Assembly: GCA_030141605.1 (NCBI GenBank) | Contig: JAQGDQ010000821.1 | Span: 1-64,000, forward strand | DNA length: 64,000 bases | Direction of reading: 5' to 3' | DNA from: Tubiluchus corallicola | Taxonomy: Eukaryota > Animalia > Priapulida | In this document: positions 51,300 through 64,000 of the stretch, in pieces | Position numbering within the stretch: position 1 is the stretch's first letter | Layout of the letters: each line of letters opens with the position of its first letter | Translations under genes and position numbers: made by a program | The notes under the pieces: generated by a model | Told to the model about the DNA's origin: nothing | Seen by the model: the letters and a program-made list of their open reading frames with translations, nothing else | Database searches by the model: none

Positions 51300-52431
51300 G
51301 AGACGTTCTCTTGTCGTGTGACGACTTCGTTGTTCAGACATCACGGTGAACCGCTGCCGAATGACTGGAGATTGTCAATCATTGAGTTTTCTGATTCTGC
51401 TGAATGAATTTACCGAGTATGATACTGGACACACATAAATGCTTTTAGTTTTGCCGAATTTGTCGTTATAACGAAATCTTCCAGCAATTTACGGGCGACT
51501 CATTTTCCACAAGAATATGTGTGAAGGCGACTGTTAAGGTTTTTCCTGCTGTCACGTTTCTGAAGAAATGCTGTACGTCTTTACTGACTGCGTAATTGGT
51601 GCTGAGCCAGTTGTACCAGGTTGCCAGCATATTATGTTCATTGCGTACAGGCAGCCTTGTACACATAAGCAAATGTCGTATCATGTCGTAAGCTGTCGTA
51701 TAAAATTTTAACTGTTGACGATTTAATACACATGAATACAGCTATATACATGTATAAAACTAAATATCATCATTTCTTTAATAATCCAGTCCAACCAAAT
51801 AACCTTCGTACATTTGCTAAGTGTTTTGTAGAAACGTGGCAAAAACGATAGCAAACGTTAACAGTGATTTTCTCAAGATTATGTTTTTCAGTGTGCAGCC
51901 TGCATCTCAACTTCAACGTGGATTATCTCAGCTTAGAAATAACACAGAGCAATGAACTTGGTATCAAAATGATCCTCATGAAATGAAGATTCAGGATATG
52001 TGAATAACTAGAAAAGTTAAATAGGCCTAATAGCTGATTCGTAGATGAGTTTGCTACACAAGCACACACTTGACAGTAGAGACATCTATGAAACGTTTTA
52101 TTAATTACCAAATAATAATATATATTATAACATACAATAATATAATATAAATGTTATATAATCGGCTATATAATCTATAGCTACAACAGAAAATGTAGGA
52201 ATGAAAGTTTATTTTTCATGTTTTGTCTCCTCATTATTGAGAATTGCATAAGAAATTTAAGCATTCCACATTATGTAATTATAGCTGATGTGATTAGAAA
52301 TAAATTATAACTGTTTGTTTGTTTACATGTTATAATAACAACGTTAAAAGGAATGTTATGTGTAAAGAAGCGTCTTACTTATAAAAAAGTTTTGTACATT
52401 AAACTGATGTGGAGCCTGGCGAATTACACTG

Positions 52432-52894
52432 CAGGGATGAGAATGACAAATTGCAAAAAACTTGCAATGGGGTTCAAGGTCGCCCCCTTGGAGCCAGCAA
52501 CAAATTGCAATTTTGTGACCATAGAGAGCCTCTAAGTGGACTTAAAATATCAATTACCTTGTTTCATGCATAATTTAAAATACCCAACTATCAAGGATAC
52601 ATGATACCTAATTGTCTCAAAAATGCCTAAGTACTGGCCGCTCCTATGCAAAAGTATATAAAAACTGTCTGCAATTGACTCAAATAACTCTGCACAATTG
52701 ATTCTATATTTTTATACATAGAGATCTACACGTGGTTACACTGATGTACATGATGTAAACAAAGTGACGGCCTGCCAACTAGCGGTCAGCTGGTGAAATA
52801 ATGTACTGGGTCCGTAAAAATTTTCTCAACGAATTTACGCGATTTACAAAAATGGCACTACTGGTCTTCTGAAAACTCTGAATTCTCATCCCTG
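52432..52894 (-). mobile_element. hAT-like MITE family A, inverted copy
   Basis: CAGGGATGAGAAT ... ATTCTCATCCCTG; flanked by TACACTG on both sides. Confidence 0.85.
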
Positions 52895-53495
52895 TACACT
52901 GTATTTAAGAAACATTTGCTTGATCAGTAGGTGCTGTGACTTTGTAGTATGAAGAATGTTTAATTACGTTTCAAAATTCTCTGCATCTATGGTGTAGGTA
53001 GTGGGGGGGGGCAGCTGATTGACGAATTTTACTTAAATTTTATTAAAATATGTAAAAATTGTAATATTTTGTTGCTGTAAGTTTGTTTTTGTTAGAACAA
53101 AAATGCCACGTTGTAATTTGTTGATTCAGTGTTCCCTCGCTACTTCGCGGTTCATTTATCACGGACTCGCTGTTTTTGCAGTACCCGTCTAAAGTATTTT
53201 TGCTCATGCGTAGTACGTCCTCATAACAGACTTCATTATAACTGATTTTACATATGATATAACAGATTATTTTCGCAGTCCATTGAAGTGTGCAATATGC
53301 AATATCTTCACAGAACCTCAGAACTACTGCACGTTACACGGCAGCAGTGAGCAGGAGGCATTACAAGGCAATTCCTAACAGAATATTATTCTTTCACATT
53401 CATACGTGTTATTCATTACAACACAGGTATGTGGATATTGTGTTTACTGTGTCTTGTATAAGTTTAGTGCCTCTTTTTCAAATAGAGGTGTATTG

Positions 53496-53841
53496 TGTTG
53501 TGGAGATCCACTAGAATTAAATAGAATATTGTAGAATGTTCTATAGTATAGTAGAACAATCTTCTTACCTTGTAGAAGTTTCTAGAACTTTCTATTTCTA
53601 GATTATTCCGTGGCACTGATATATAAGGCGGAGCTGGCCGCTGAAGTTTATTCTCTTGTATCCTCGTATTCTCAGATACGCTTTCTCGCTTTCCCGTTTC
53701 CGGATTTTCACATTTACTGTAAACATTTTGCGTTCCTTCATACTTTTGTGTTGTAGAATTCTCGTATAATAAACTAGTTTAATTTGACGACGTGTTTTTT
53801 GGTTTTCTCTACGAGCCTTCCGAGAGAAACAAAACACGACA
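53496..53841 (+). mobile_element. Solo LTR candidate (Gypsy-like)
   Basis: TGTTGTG...CACGACA termini, TATATAAG box at ~53620, AATAAA at ~53767; no clean TSD. Confidence 0.5.
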
Positions 53842-54050
53842 TGTGGTGTACACATTGTCCAGTTCTTGCACGCTTTCGGTTATAATAGAGCATCTTACTG
53901 CCAAAATTCAAGTGGGCTTCAGTGAATGTTGTAATGATGAGAGTAAAGGAAACCTGTGTTAAATAATGATTTTGATTAAATTAATAATTCAAGATTAAAT
54001 GCTTGACGATGCAAGATGAAACTATCGTCGTGGATACAAGCCTAGTTAGG

Positions 54051-54324
54051 TGTGGCATCACGTGACCAGCTGATGTTCGACCGGCTGACTCAGAAGTAAA
54101 GATTGATGATGTAATCCTTATGCGCAGAAGCTCACGGCGCATTAGGTAGTTAGACAAAAGTGTTTTGAGGCCCCCACCTCGGGGAGATTAAGAACTGACT
54201 TGAAGATGTAGGGCTGCCATTACTACGCTCTTATATTTACGGTGTTGTGTTTAATAAATGTGCAGCTTATTAAATAAAGTCTTGATAGTTTGCCATGTCC
54301 ATCGTGGCTACCTCATATGCCACA
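54051..54324 (+). mobile_element. Second solo LTR candidate
   Basis: 8-bp inverted termini TGTGGCAT...ATGCCACA, AATAAA x2 near the 3' end; no TSD. Confidence 0.4.
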
Positions 54325-54669
54325 AAATAAACAACAATAATCAGCAAGCAGCTTTAACCACTATAATAAACAGGCCTTAATGCAATCACTATACCAATTA
54401 TTTTACTATGATGTAGAAAATCTTAGTCATGCTGCGGTGAGAGACACCTACATTCAGGGGCGCATCAAGACTTTACGACACCCTAACCTGATAGTTCTGT
54501 CCTGCCTACCTCTATTGTAAATTTGTGGTCGTTTATGTAATGAGTACATTAAACAATTACTTGTGGTGTATGAGAAACGTTATTAACGTACTTTCTACAT
54601 TGTCAATATTAATTGCATGTATTTGCATACCGCATACATTCAAGCCGGCTGTGCAACTGCTGCTCCTTG

Positions 54670-55010
54670 TGTAACACCTTGCACCTGTTCGTTATGTGGC
54701 ACTTGTATAAAAGCTGCAAGTTATCCTATTGGTTAATACACCCCTGCCTACATTAATGACACACATTTTATTGTACTATTACAACTGTCGACTTTTATTG
54801 ATTTATATACAGAAATCCACTTTACAATAATTGCGTAATATTTCTTGCGTAATACCTTGCACCTGTTCGTTATGTGGCACTTATATAAAAGCTGCAAGTT
54901 ATCCTGCTGGTTAATACGCCCCTGCTTACATTAATGACACACATTTTATTGCAGTATTACAACTGTAGACTTTTATTGATTTACATACACAAATCAGCTT
55001 TACGATAATC
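54670..55010. repeat. ~178-bp tandem duplication
   Basis: accttgcacctgttcgttatgtggcactt... occurs at ~54676 and ~54854. Confidence 0.85.
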
Positions 55011-56241
55011 GTGCTTTAGTTCTATTTACAAAAGTTGTTGTTGTCAACTCGACATCCACAAGTTTGAAAAATCAATGTTAGTTAAAAACCTCGATGTAAC
55101 CTTGGAATCATTAACGACGCGTTAATTACGGGAGTTAGATGATTTTGCGAAGAACAGTTCCGACCGAGCTTAGTTGTAGAACCTTGCACAACTGAACAAA
55201 ATTAAAAACGAGTGGCAAATGTGTGAACTAACCTTAATTTTAACCATTTAAAAACCAAAGATGCGCTTTTCAAAACAGTAAATTTACAAAAAGTTGCTAT
55301 TATTCTAATAATTGCACCAAAATTATTGAGGAGCAATCAAGCGTAACATTTACACAAACAAGTAAAAGCATTGGTGATGACAGAAAAGCAAAAACATAAT
55401 GGAGGTATGTTTAAATCCAGTAGATGGCTCTTCATGATGAACATCTGTTCTGGTCAACAGAAAAAAACCGAAGAAAAATGGCTGCTTGCACGAACTACAA
55501 TCGGAGTTACAAAATACAAGTTTTTTTACTAGTTTCTAGCCAGAAGAGTGGCTACAGGGTTATAAAATTACATTTTTAGTATTTTTTGAACATTTTCTTG
55601 ATTATTTGATGCTAGAATATCCAATATCAAAGTGCAATATATTCAGTTTTTCTTTTTATAAAAAAAGAAGACAACATTTGACCGAATTTTTGGTACTTTC
55701 TACTTTGGAGCATCATAACGTGGTTTTAACTACACCAACTTATGGGGACAGTTTTGGTTTGCAAGCAACACATATGATAACTAGACTCACGCGATGCAAT
55801 AAACAACAGTGTGTTTAAGCTGAGTGACAAGAAAAGTAACTGACACTTAGTAACAAATGTTAACTTTGACAGCTTTAATAAAGAAATGGATCAGTGGATA
55901 ATTATTTACTTGACACATCGAATGACTTTTTAAACCTTGAAAACTGAACAAATGCAGTTTATTTGCTTACTGAATATAGTTTAGAATTAAAAGCAAAGGT
56001 CTGAGGTTCAAATATTGAACTGACTCACAGATTTGATACTTTTCTCATTGGTAAACCAACAGGTCTAATTATTATGATTTTCAGCTTCACGAAACAACAG
56101 TTATCACTTCCGTGCAAGAATTTTCAAAATCAAAATACCAATACGTTTTGTTACAGGCGGCAAAATTAGACACTGCACGCCCGAATGTCGGATAAACTCG
56201 TTTCACCGTGAGAAACTAGATCAGCCGGCAACTGGCAGCAG

Positions 56242-64000
<7,759 letters not shown>

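Overview
AT-rich, intron-rich animal (invertebrate-like) genomic DNA, not prokaryotic. Four genes can be built by hand from GT-AG junctions and protein motifs: (1) a spermine/polyamine oxidase-family flavoenzyme (- strand, three coding exons, runs off the left edge); (2) cytochrome b5 reductase 4 (CYB5R4, - strand) with an intronless CDS; (3) a complete 28-coding-exon WDR11 (+ strand, 12412-51299, ~1272 aa) whose last intron is U12 (minor spliceosome) type; (4) the 3' part of POLR2B/RPB2 (- strand, runs off the right edge), convergent with WDR11. Introns are packed with non-autonomous DNA transposons (hAT-like with 8-bp TSDs, piggyBac-like and Kolobok-like with TTAA, pogo/Tigger-like, Helitron-like), a LINE 3' fragment, solo-LTR candidates and many micro/minisatellites. 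The most unusual signals are tandem arrays pinned to exon boundaries that amplify real splice sites (about 40 copies of one WDR11 donor), and two otherwise unrelated tandem repeats that each carry an 18-nt complement of the mature (CCA-containing) tRNA-Leu 3' end. Most long ORFs in the supplied track are repeat artefacts. Coordinates were derived by eye and homology calls are from recalled family motifs, not database searches.
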